Assembly (NCBI GenBank): GCA_025786725.1
Contig: JAHLTZ010000015.1
Coordinates: 507,951 to 571,950, forward strand
DNA: 64,000 nt
Source: Syncephalis fuscata S228
Taxonomy: Eukaryota; Fungi; Zoopagomycota
Direction of reading: 5' to 3'
Made by a program: the position numbers and the translations under genes
The notes under the pieces: model-generated
Database searches by the model: none
What the model saw: only the letters and a program-made list of their open reading frames with translations
What the model was told of the DNA's origin: nothing
Shown here: piece after piece, positions 1 through 11,939 of the stretch
Position numbering within the stretch: the first letter of the stretch is position 1
Layout of the letters: each line of letters starts with the position of its first letter

Positions 1-227
1 TATAATTGAGTCACGATGGCGTGCTTTAACGGTAGCGGCTTTCGGAGTAGGGATTGCTGTCTAGTGATTTTATTTATAGGCATAAGTAATAGTATAACTA
101 TAGACGCGAAATAGCGACAACTTGCCTCAATAGGAGTTACGCCCGACGAAGCGCGTGAAAACGTCTTACTTGGCATCCGAAGGCCAGAACGTTTTGGAGT
201 GTCCTGAGAAGAATTATCTGCTGTCAT
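1..227 (-). CDS. Possible 5' part of a gene running off the window (hypothetical)
   Basis: ATG at 227 opens MTADNSSQDTPKRSGLRMPSKTFSRASSGVTPIE, then a probable short intron and an open frame to the window edge. No recognisable domain. Confidence 0.3.
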   Translation of the reverse strand, partial: MTADNSSQDTPKRSGLRMPSKTFSRASSGVTPIEASCRYFASIVILLLMPINKITRQQSLLRKPLPLKHAIVTQL

Positions 228-1183
228 GTTGAACTGTAAGCGCAATGCCTGTTGTTCTATCACGCATAGACCAGCGCAAGTCAACGAGTAGACGTTGAAT
301 TTGGCTGTATTATTACTACAACGACGCCGATTACGACAACTACTACTCTAGAAACGGTTGTAGTACAATATAGTTGCAAATTCACTAAAACAGAGGAAAT
401 CAGTCCACTAAAGTATAGAAGAAAAGAAAGACGGGAAACGTGGACAGTAAAAAGAAGCCGACAACTCAACCGTGAAAAGGGGAGTGCAGCGTAGTAGTTA
501 TCGGTTGACTTCCTGCCGTCTCAGGGGAATGTAGATAGATGGCTTTATTAGTGGGTGCGTGAACGTGTGGTGGATGAATGGTGCATGCATGTACTAATTT
601 CTATGCATGTGGTTCTCATTCTGTGTAATTGTGTGTACTTGTGTGCGTGCGTGTGTGTACCTCATTGTGGTTATCGAGTATGAGTAGAGGGGAGGTCCAT
701 GCACATCATCATCATTGTCTGTATAACAACTATGATCAACATGCGGTGTTTACCTCGCATGTCGCTTATTTCACCCTTAATTTGAACAGACTTCATTGTA
801 GTTATGGCTGTCTATTGTAGCATGTGTCTGGGCATGGTAATGAACCCAAAGATCAACGTGCTTATTTTAGTATTTGACAGGTGTCACATGCCGTCCATAA
901 AAACGCAATTAACAGTACACACGCTTAACAACAAACGATAGCTCATTCGGCCTAGATGAGCAAATAATGATGCAATGGCCATGCGCTTACCCATCTCGAG
1001 CATAATGCACCGTCCTGTGCAATTAGATCAGTTTAACAATTACGTTATTTATATGCATTATAATGAAGTATTGGCATGCAAATAAAATTATTTAATTGTA
1101 ACTAAATTAATGTGTAAATCTTGGTTTTTTATTAGCCAGTTATTTAATTATATCTAAACTAATCGCATTTATTAGTATTACTA

Positions 1184-3595
1184 TTAAAGATCATCGTGAT
1201 TTATTGTTGTTGCTGATTCTTTAGCCTTGTTACTTGATTGTTCTAAAACATTAGAGTTGCTTTTGGATTTACGTTCAAGCAGACAGTAGCGTCCCCAGTA
1301 GCGGCCATCGCCTTCTTCGCCATTAGATACAAGCCAGCTGGGCAACCAAAGTATACGTGACAACTGACGTGTGTGGTGCATCAAGATATGGCTCACAGTG
1401 TACTTCTTTCCATTCAGGGTGAATGTTATACCGTGGTTCGTGTGGGTCTTCACTCTTTACACGACTATGAGATAGTGAATTGTAGCGATGTGGAAAGTCA
1501 ACGTCAATTAAATAGTTGCACTGATCTGCGTCCACCTAATTAAATAGTATTAGCAATTGATATTCAATTCATCAACTATACCTACATATCGATCAAGCTC
1601 TTCTTGGTTTAAATCATTCATACTTGTAGGTACTGTTGAAGTACCTGGACGCCAGCCATCTAATCTTTTAACTTGTTGGCCAGATAAGCTGGTTAATTGA
1701 TGCTGTAAGGAAGTCGATTCGGCAAAGTATTTGGGTAGCAATCCACGGAAATTTGATCGTAAGAAATAAAGTCTGGAATTTGGTGGTAATAAGTAGCTGC
1801 TAGGGAATCTAAACCATTCTTTGCCAACACAAACGCTTAAAGTAGTGTTGGATGAATTGAAATGAGCAGGCGCTGCAACATTAGATAAATACGAGTAAAC
1901 AGATATGGGTGCATAATAGAACGAATAAATTCCGTGAAAGCGTAGTATGGATATGCCACTTGTAATAACTATTAGAGCCATCGTACAACATGATAGCAAT
2001 CTATTACGATAAGCCTACAGTTATTTGTTAAATAAACAACAGGTCAATAAACCCGTACTAATACAACCTACCGATAGATGTTGAAGGTTGGTCGATACAT
2101 AATCAGCTAAATGGCGGATTAAGCATAATGCAACACAAGCATTAAAGCATATAAGTGGATAGATTGGATAGAGGAAGCGCTCCTCTTTATGAGGCTGCAT
2201 AGTAAATATCAATAGCCAAATATACATTGGCATTAAACGAATGGTAGACATAATAATAGAGGATGTTGTTCCAGGATGACTAACTTGTAATGACTTGCCA
2301 CCCATGAGTGTATTGAATATCTATTAATGCATAAATACAGTGATGAATATTCATAGTGTTTAAATTACCAAAAGTGGGAGACTGCCTAATGCTAATAGCC
2401 ATAGTAGATTAAAGTTAATTAATCCATTGGCTATATAGAACCACCAAGGCTCAGTGCCATAGAGATCAGGACCACGATCAGCACCACCTAGAACGTTGTA
2501 TCGAACAATATTCCAAGGAACAATAACCCACTGACGATAGAATATAGAATCAATGATAATCAATGGTAGCTAATATGTAATCGTTAGAAATAATGATAAT
2601 AATATAAATGTTTATATACTTACTAGAACAGTAAAAAAGGCTACTACAATACATTTAGTAAAATGTAGCCATCGCTGTGGCATCCACTGTTGTCGTGATA
2701 ATGGATCAGCTGGCGATAAATCTGATGCTGATTTATTTGCATCGTGTTTATCTGAACGCTGTAGCACTACACGTTGATTACCACTAATAAATAGTTCTTC
2801 AAAAATAAATGGAATACCGATAGCGCCACTAAATGGCCATCCCCAGATTGCCCCAACGGCGAGACAAAGTGTAGCGCCTAAATACGCGATCCTACATGCA
2901 CCACAATCGAGGGTGTGCGCAGAAAATAAGAGGCGGCCAACATACTTGTATACATGGCAAAGGTCGATGGCAGAAAAGCTATACGACAATAGATTTATAT
3001 AATAAGTAGTTTAAATAATACATAAAAATTACTTACCTGAAGCCGCTTGGGCCATACCCGCATTAAATAGTAGTGCTAAAAGTAAATAGCGTGCCACACG
3101 ACGGTTGAAATGCTCAACCACGGCCGTGTAAAAGGTAGCTTCACATGCGGCACACATAATAGCCATGGCAAATCGCATGGCATAAAACACTTGTATCTTT
3201 ATCGATATATTGATATGAGCATCACAGTTATCGCCGCCTATTAAATATACACCTACTTTATTGCTAGCTAGTAAAGTCATTGCACGACCTAGTAGCGCAT
3301 GCAGACCAACATAAGCCCACGAGCGTATGGCATACTCTGGCGAATACTCCCAAGTCTGTAGCCCGTTGCCGTATTGCAAATAGTGTGCCGGTTCCCAGTA
3401 GTTATAGACTTCATCACAGTCGGGTATTGTTGCTTTTGCCGCGGTATATAGACGTACAATACAGAAGAATTTAAATGCAATGTTATGCGTTGGGCAATAG
3501 ACACGGTCGTCAATATTGACTTTTGTTGTACTTTCTGAACTATCTACATGAGCTGTTTTTTGTCGGCTTGCTTGCCGTTTTGTGGTACGCGCCAT
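1184..3595 (-). CDS. ALG9: Alpha-1,2-mannosyltransferase (GT22), multi-exon
   Basis: Exon ORFs carry DCDEVYNYWEP, QTWEYSPEYAIRSWAY, GPDLYGTEPW, QPHKEERFLYPIYP and CVGKEWFRFPSSYLLP. Confidence 0.93.
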
Positions 3596-4671
3596 AACAA
3601 TTACAATTAAATGAAATAGCAATAACGAGAAAGAGATATGTAAAATGTATGTGATACAATGTTAACTGATTTAGTCTTGTTCTAACATGACCGCTAAAGA
3701 TTGGTTCAATATGGTCTTACACCTTCAACTTGATTTATTCGTTTAATTATACTGGATATCTAGTTTAAGCAGGATATACATGCTATTATTAAATTCAAAT
3801 CAAGACATAATAATAAATCCCATTAAATCCAAGAATAAATGACCTATTCAACCATGCAAATGATAACATATTTGTGTACTTTATCAATTTGCTAACTTGC
3901 TTGCCATATAGTATGTGTTTTATAAGTTGGCATACTAATGCAACTGCTAAAATATCCAGATAAGACTAATATAAATCTATTAACGAATAAAGAACAAGTC
4001 AGCGGCAGTTATGCGTTACCCAAAGATTAGTTTTATTAATGTAGTAATATTTTACTGTTTATTTAGTTAACAGTAGTATTAAATGACTGATCATGCAGTT
4101 CAATCGGCAATAATTGATTTTTATTATTATATTAATTTCAAGATGAATTGCAATGAATACAAGCTAATATTATTTCGGTATTATTCATAATATACTTGTA
4201 AATACAGTCGATTACAATGCTAGCATGTATTTATAAACTTCAGATTTTAAATCGTTATTTAAATAACAATGCTATTATAATCACTTTAGTTTACATTGTT
4301 CACTAACATAGCGTATTTTTACAAGTATATTGTCAATATATTTAATCAATTAATGTTAGTCTTTGTAAGCAAATAGAATATAAACATAGCTATAATAGCT
4401 TAATCAAACACAATTAAGATGGAACCACATGTTTATTACTACAAGTTTGCATACTTGATTGCATACAAACAAATACAGACTTGTTGGTAATATAAGAAAT
4501 CCATCGATTAAGGGTTGAATAAACCAGGGCATTGGCTGGGACTTGGTAGCTGAGTGGGCTGAGTGGTGTAGTTGTCAAATGATCTTGATTCTTGCCGAAT
4601 ATATACCTAAAATATATATAACTCGCAGTCCAATCATACTATCAGTGCCAATATTTTGAATGCGCCAGTTA

Positions 4672-6557
4672 TTCTATAGTCATGAGCACATATAAAATAT
4701 TATATGGTTAGCGTATGAGTTAGCATTATATGATTCTACTTACAATCTATTAATACAAGGCATCAAACACGTAAAGTGTACAGTATATATTTAATGCATC
4801 GTCAATAATATACAGTATTACTTACGAGCTATTAATACAAGTCATCAAACACAAAGAATATGATAGTTGTTTAACGTATAGCCAATTAATATACAATGCC
4901 ACTTACATTCTATTATGTTAAGTTATTGATAAGCACAATACAAGTATATAATTAGTGTATAGCCAGTTAATATACAATACCATAATTGTTAAGTGAAACC
5001 CCCCCCCTCCTGTTTTTTAGGTAAAACAATATGCAAGCCAGTTTAAACAAGTAGGTCCAAAAACAAGACCTTGGCCAGAATAGCCAAGGAAAAACAATTG
5101 GGATCAACTTCAAGAGAATAGTGCTGTGTAGCACCATTCAAAAAAAAGATGGTCCCGCATGAGATCTATATGGACCGGATTTTGCGCAAAAACGTAGCAG
5201 TCCACCCGTTAAAAGTTTGGAAAAGTCCAAAAATAGTGGGAAGCAGCGCAAATGCTTTAATTATGTGCAGCGGGGGCTCACAAGCTTTTCAAAATAAAAT
5301 AAAAATATAATATAATATTACTTACTGCCTATTAATAAAAGTCATCAAACACGCAAAATGTACGGTATGTATTTAGTGCATAGTCAATTAATATACAATA
5401 ACACTTACCCTCTATTAATACAAGTCATCAAACACGTAAAGTGCACGGTATATGCTTAGCGTATAGTCAATTAATATATAATACTACTTACGACCTATTA
5501 ATACAAGCCATCAAACACACAAAATGTACAATATATGTTTAGTGCATAGTTAATCAATATATAATGCCACTTACCAACTATTAATACAAGTCATCAAACG
5601 CAAAAAGTGCACAGTATATAATTAATGCATAGTCAACTAATATACAATACTACTTACAACCTATCAATACAAGTCACCAAACACACAAAATGTACGGCAT
5701 ATGTTTAGTGCATAGTCAATCAATATATAACATTACTTACCAACTATTAATATAAGTCATCAAACACACAAAGTGCATGGTATATATTTAGTGCATAGTC
5801 GAGCAATATACAATGTCACTTACAAGCTATTAATACAAGTCATCAAACACGCAAAGTGCACAGTATATATTTAGTGCATAGTCAATCAATGTACGATATC
5901 ACTTACGAGCTATTAATACAGGTTATCGAACACACAAAGTGCACAGTATATATTTAGTGCATAATCAATTAATTATTACTATTGCTATTTACCTCCTATT
6001 AATACGAGTAATCGAACACACAAAGTGCACAGTATATATTTAGTGCATAATCAATTAATTATTACTATTGCTATTTACCTCCTATTAATACGAGTAATCG
6101 AACACACAAAGTGCACAGTATATATTTAGTGCATAATCAATTAATTATTCTTATTGTTATTTACCTCCTATTAGTATAGATAGGCAATGTTAGTATCAGC
6201 AATATAATTTGTTTTATATTAAACCTACTTTTAACCAATGGTGCTATTTTATTTGTTTTACATTAAAAACAACAATTAATTATTATGCCAATAACTATGT
6301 GCAATCAACAATTACCATCTATTTGCCATGTCCATTATTTGGATAACATACGATAAGCGCTGGAATAATGAGTCAATAATTGCGACTTACCATCTAATAT
6401 TATCATTGGTTAAACATAATGTTAGCAAACATTTCAAATTTCAAATTTATGACTACAACATACCACGACGAACCAAAGTTGGCTTAGCATCCACCATGGC
6501 TGTACTGGCTACAAGGGCCACGAGGACGGTGCAGACGACGGCAATAGAAAGCTTCAT
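4672..6557 (-). CDS. Micro-exon secreted peptide precursor, copy 1 (19 exons, sixteen of 3 nt): MKLSIAVVCTVLVALVASTAMVDAKPTLVRRDDAPLVKRGGAPFGFGQGKSH*
   Basis: Exon 1 (6557-6464) encodes a signal peptide plus RR. It is followed by AG|NNN|GT exons at 6391 and 6316, a 15-nt exon at 6229-6243, then 3-nt exons at 6165, 6079, 5993, 5907, 5824, 5741, 5658, 5575, 5492, 5409, 5326, 4907, 4826 and 4744. TAA is formed at the last junction (4673-4672). Confidence 0.82.
4735..6175. repeat. Tandem array of 81-86 bp units (intron plus 3-nt exon), interrupted by a SINE-like insert
   Basis: Minus-strand consensus is GTAAGTAGTATTGTATATTAATTGACTATGCACTAAATATATACTGTGCACTTTGTGTGTTTGATGACTTGTATTAATAG + NNN. The period is exactly 83 bp from 5326 to 5907. 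Confidence 0.95.
4981..5306 (+). mobile_element. 5'-truncated SINE-like retroelement inside one array intron
   Basis: Homologous to 32998-33310 and ends in an (AAAAT)n tail. It lacks the tRNA-like head. Confidence 0.65.
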
Positions 6558-6696
6558 GGTGAGATTGATTTGTTAAGACAAACAAGTAGAGTGAACGACA
6601 GAGTATGTCAAGTGCAAAGTAGGCAGAGTGAGTATTTGGCAGAAAGCAGAATGTGATGATGATACTGCTGGTTAGTTGTGTGTATTTTGTGGGCTA

Positions 6697-6702
6697 TTTA
6701 TA
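6697..6702 (-). promoter_or_regulatory. TATA box of micro-exon gene copy 1
   Basis: TATAAA about 140 nt upstream of the ATG; conserved in copy 2 (32361). Confidence 0.55.
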
Positions 6703-6979
6703 TTAATATTTATTTTGAAGCACCAGCAATGTATCCTATAGAATATACCATTGAATACAGTGTAAACCAATAAAATGTATTGATATGACGATTTAGCAGG
6801 CATGGATGAATAACTGTAGTGTGCATTCTATACGTGCAATGGTAGTCTTCAAAGGTATTCACATGATGATTTGAAGTATGCGTATAGCAATGTACTAATG
6901 ACATGCTAATGTGCAACCATGCCCTTGATTCAACCTGTTTGGCTTTTGCTCAGATGACGCGGCGAACCTAACCACCTGG

Positions 6980-7665
6980 TACATCTATGGTAGAAATTTG
7001 TGTACTATTCTTTACAATATCGTACATGGTTTGAACATGTAATGCAAACCAAATCCATTGATTCTATAGAAGCAATAATGATACGCCTTTGTGTTCTTGC
7101 TATTGCTTTTACCGAAAAATTAATCCCCAACTTGACCGTAAGATGCAAACTGAAACAACTGGTTCTACAGAAATAATGATGCTCCGTTGTTGTTTCTTTA
7201 CTTTAACCTGCTTACCATTTGCACAAAGGACCCGACAATCTCAATCATTCAGTACACCTATGGTAGAAATTCGTGTACTATTCTTTACAATATCGTACAT
7301 GGTTTGACCATGCAATGCAAACCAAGTTCATTGATTCTATAGAAGCAATGATGATACGCATTTGTGTTCTTGCTATTGCTTTTACCGAAAAATTAATCCC
7401 CAACTTGACCGTAAGACGCAAACTGAAACAATTGGTTTTACAGAAATAATGATGCTCCGTTGTTGTTTCTTTACTTTAACCTGCTTAACATTTGCACAAA
7501 GGACCCGACAATCTCAATCATTCAGTACATCTATGGTAGAAATCCATGTACTAATATTTACTGTACTGTGCATGATTTGACCATACAATACAAACTGAGT
7601 CTATTGGTTCTATAGAAGCAGTAGTAACACAACAATGTGTTTTGCTGTTGCTTTTACCGAAACAT
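6980..7665. repeat. 273-bp tandem duplication (about 2.5 copies) in the upstream region
   Basis: The near-identical ORF-track entries at 7089 and 7362 are offset by 273 bp. A related duplication lies at 31730-32125. Confidence 0.85.
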
Positions 7666-8206
7666 TTTAATCCCCAATATTTGCATCCTTTCAAACTGCG
7701 CATAACTCGTAAGATAGTGCATTGCCTTTGAACAAACCCCGATATAATCTTTTTGTGGAATTAGGTCTGTTTTGACACCAAACTGCATTCTCTTCATTTT
7801 ATAGACGACTACAAGGTTTATTAATAGTCGGTAAATAAAAGCTATTTATTATTATTTCAAACTGCACAACACATATACAAAAGCAACATTAATAAATTGA
7901 GTTTCTTTACATACCTATAATGTTGTGCATAAGCCAGTTACAATGATTAAATCGTGCAATATATTGGTTGGTTCATGTGACCATTCTACTTGCCATTGCA
8001 GCTTAGCTACAAAAATTACCAATTTATTTTTAGCACTGTCTTACTAATCATTGATACAGGCCTTATCGCTATCAGTCAATTCCTGTTATTAATTATTGGC
8101 TGCTGCGTAATGGTATTCCCGATAATGAAGCACTAAACTCGAGTATTAATGGTATATTACTTAGTGGCAACACTGATATACAAGCAACTTGTTTGGTTAA
8201 ACTATA

Positions 8207-8688
8207 CTTTGACTTTTACATTTGTCCCCAAAGCACAATTCATTTCAATTAGACTCATGCCATTATTATGCACAACATAGTTATATTATTTTCTATTAAA
8301 ATGTTGTTAATAAACTGATTTAAATAAATAATGTAACATGTTATTTGGTTTCTTTAAAACATTCGAGGCCGATTATTATTGTTGTTGGACATGTATAGAA
8401 AGATTAATCGAATATTAATAGAAGCCATACGATTGCAATTCCATATTGTTCTGTATTTGTTGCATCTACGTACAGCATGGATTCTTGCGTTTGAATGGTC
8501 TGTTTTATTTTCCAATCTTCTAGTATTGCATTTTGTGCATATTTAATTACATTATTGTATTGATAATTACACATGAATTGCTTAATGTTGGATGCAATAT
8601 TATACATGTTATAGTAATAAATGGGTGTTTAATTGTATTTAAAAGTGTTGAGAGGTGAAATGGATAAATAAAAATGTAAGAGTCAAAA
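8207..8688. mobile_element. MITE family A, degenerate copy
   Basis: TA|CTTTGACT ... AGTCAAAA|TA ends; body similar to 55749-56339. Confidence 0.75.
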
Positions 8689-9052
8689 TATAGTAGCTTC
8701 GTACTTAAATAACAACTTAACGAGAACTATTTAATTTATTATAATAATTATAGTTTATTGTAGATTTACATCCCAAATTATCAAGCATTTAAGATAAAGT
8801 ATATGGAGCAAGATTGCAACAATGGGACTTAATAATAGTGTTAAAGATATTCTTAACAGATTATGAATCCATGGTAACATTTTAATATAGTCTCAAAAAA
8901 TATGGCTATCTAAAAATGACCACTTTTGACACCAGATGAACAATTTGTTTTAATAACGTTTAGTTTTTTGTTAACCATTGCATTTCAGTAAACCTTTTTT
9001 ATAAAAGTAAAGGTCGTCGACTATAACTACGCGATAGCTTCTCTATTTCACA

Positions 9053-10003
9053 ATGCCTGTTTTGCTTATTACTGGTGCTTCGCGCGGAATTGGTCATGCC
9101 TGTATTGTACGGGCATTAGCACAAGCCAATGTCAATGTATTTGCCGTTGCTCGCTCACAAGAAGCATTAGAGGAACTGGCTAGCCAGTATTCAAATCGAT
9201 TTGCCTATCTAAAGGCCGATTTAACCAAAAAAGAAGCTTGCGAACAAGCTGTAAATAATTGTATTGCAGAATTTGGCAGGTTAGATGCTATTGTCCACAG
9301 TGCAGGGTAAGAGTAATATGATAAATACGAGATAATATACTTACTTTTATTTCATAGTGGTTTAGAGCCAATAGCTAAAGTAGCGATTTTGATATTGATG
9401 TATGGAAAAGGTGAGTCAATGGCTATTTAAATAGTAAGAAATTAATCACTTTATACAGCTTGTTTGATATCAACTTTTTTCAATACTCGAACTGACCAAG
9501 GCTGCACTGCCGCACCTTCGACAAACTAAAGGTGCAATGGTAATGCTTAGTTCTGGTGCTGCTTCCAATGCCTACAATGGGTGGGGTGCCTATTGCACGT
9601 AAGCAAACAACATGCTTGTCCAGCAATTGTAGCTTAAGTCTATCTAGATCCAAATCCGCCTTGAAAATGCTGACCATGGTTTTGGCCAAAGAAGAACCGG
9701 ATGTTACAACAATCGATCTACTTCCTGGTCGCGCCGATACCTCGATGCAAGCTCTAATTCGAGCTAAAGGTAAGAATTAATGTATAATGCAAGTGTTGAT
9801 ACTTATCTTTTTACCGTTTAGGTTCGGAAGCCATGGATTCAGCGGCTTATGATTCTTTTAAACAAGCAAAAGACGAAGGAACACTCGTACGACCTGAAGA
9901 TGCTGCCAAATCCATTATTGCACTAGCACTTCATGCCCGTGGTAGTCAGTGGAATGGGCGTGCTGTTAACTGGCGTGATAATGACGTCCAACAACTGATT
10001 TAA
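9053..10003 (+). CDS. Short-chain dehydrogenase/reductase, multi-exon (apparent 1-nt deletion near 9385)
   Basis: LITGASRGIG Rossmann motif, GRLDAIVHSAG, and a YCTSK catalytic motif split by an intron. Confidence 0.88.
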
Positions 10004-10156
10004 AGTGAAAAATATAGCTAGATGAGATGTATACATCGTAGATAAAGTAAATAAAACTTATGTTTATTAATTTCTATTAGGCACCATTATGGCACATGCA
10101 GTTGAAAATTACGTAAGAACAGCAATATTTCTCCTATTATATATGCGTTTTCATTC

Positions 10157-11744
10157 TTATTCATCTAGGTCAGACATTAATTCGGCCAATTCGCGTTCTT
10201 CCTCTTCAGTTAGCAAATCGTTGTCTCGTTTGACTGGTTGCTCAGATTCTGCTGACTCTTTGAATTCATCCTCTGGTTTATTAGCAAATTTTCCTGCAAC
10301 AATATCTAATAGCAAGGTCAGTTCAACCATTTAGTGCTATAACTTCATATTAGTCTTACCAGAGATTGGCCAGCGACGAATCGTGCTGTCAAGCGAGCCT
10401 GTATATAATATACCATTATGAGCAATAATCGACATAATTTCATCGTAATGGCCTTCCATTGTAGCAATTAGCTGGCCCGACTATTGATGTATACATAAAT
10501 ATGCATATATATTACATTTATTAATAAATATTTATGAATAATTATATAACATTCGATTACTTACTGCAATATCAAATGCCCGAACATGCTCATCACGACA
10601 CCCTGTCATTGCATACGGTCCAATAACACTAACACTACGTACTGCATCCGGATGTTCTAAAGCTGTATCCTCTGTGCATGTCTAAACCGTCAAATATTTA
10701 GTTATACTTCGATTATACTAAAATTACACTCACCTCTAAATCCCAACGGCGTACTGTTTTGTCAGCTGATGCCGTCCACATATCACCGGTAACACCTTCA
10801 ATAGCTGATGTATGTACATCAAATATACTTGTGTCGTGGCCAGTCAACGTAGCAACACAGCGACATGTATCGATATCCCAGCAGCGTACCGTGCCATCAG
10901 TACCGGCCGTCCATAGCCATTCACGTATCGTAGTGGCAGTAGTAGTAGTAGTAGGAGTAGGAGTAGTCGAACCATCCTCCAACTTCTTCAGTGTAGGATT
11001 GGGCCCAATAGTAATTGTTACTGATTCAACCTGTCCTCGATGCTCATTTTCATAAACACCAAGACAAGCACCGGTAACCAGTGACCAGCGACGTGCCGTA
11101 CCATCGGCCGACACCGAGTAGGCAGTAGTTGGATGGCCAGCCTGACTTGCCCCATCAATTAAATGATCTTTACCAATGACTACCGCTTTAATAAAATCCG
11201 AATGGCCACGTAAAGTCAATAGCGCTTCTTTTGTTTCTGCATTCCATAGGCAAAGTGTTTTATCCCATGAACCACTTAATAATAATTCTTCCTCCTTCTT
11301 TCCAGTTGTTGACTCAACGCAACGGCAAAAAGCCGCCACTGAAGTGACAGGACCGGCGTGACCTTTATACAATTTGACTGTTTTACCCGTCTAAATAAAT
11401 TATTAATATTAATAATGCCACACTCAACTCTAATCTGTATTATCCAATTGACTTACCAATAAATTGACCTTACGTGCTGTATGGTTTGAATTGCCCACGT
11501 AAGCATAGGCTGTTTGTCCATCACTACTGCTGTCCTTGCTGCTATTACTTCCAGGTGCTAATATCATACATAATATCTTAGAAGGTAGTTCAATAGGATT
11601 GCCTAGTTGTTTATCCTTCTTCTCGCGTCGTCGCAAACCATCTGCTATTTGTTGGTCTGTCTGGAATAGCGCGCTTGTTTGTGAAGCATCGGCAATTGAT
11701 GGGCCTAGTGGCAATGTTGAACTTAACGACGAGCTGTTTGTCAT
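10157..11744 (-). CDS. WD40-repeat protein, multi-exon
   Basis: Repeated GH...WD motifs (KGHAGPV, SGSWDKTLCLWN, GHDTSI, SADKTVRRWD). Confidence 0.85.
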
Positions 11745-11939
11745 ATTAAAAGATAAAGAATGCGTGTATGAGATGAGAATAAGCTGTGCTGCACGGTTCC
11801 AGTTAAGAGCGCGTGAAACATTTTTACTCGCTTCTGTAATACATTGAATAAAGAATATTTTATTAATATTATTAACATTATTATTCGCCATTCTTGTATT
11901 GGATCTTGTTTTTAGTTTTGTATAGGCTTAGTTTCTACT

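Larger units (their letters stand above)
4254..8150. repeat. Duplicated locus, copy 1 (micro-exon peptide gene plus flanks)
   Basis: Matches 31180-34045 in inverted orientation and 62710-64000 in direct orientation over the downstream flank and repeat array. Confidence 0.9.

Noticed and set aside
4735-6175. CRISPR array or plain minisatellite
   Set aside because: The DNA is eukaryotic, there are no cas genes and the variable part is only 3 nt. Canonical splice signals, the signal exon and the junction-formed KR and stop explain it better as introns.
6328-7580. ORF-track entries 6328, 6710, 7089 and 7362 (and counterparts 32159, 32487) as a conserved gene family
   Set aside because: Their similarity comes from DNA duplication. 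6328 and 32487 are antisense to the signal-peptide exon, and the others show no protein-like features.
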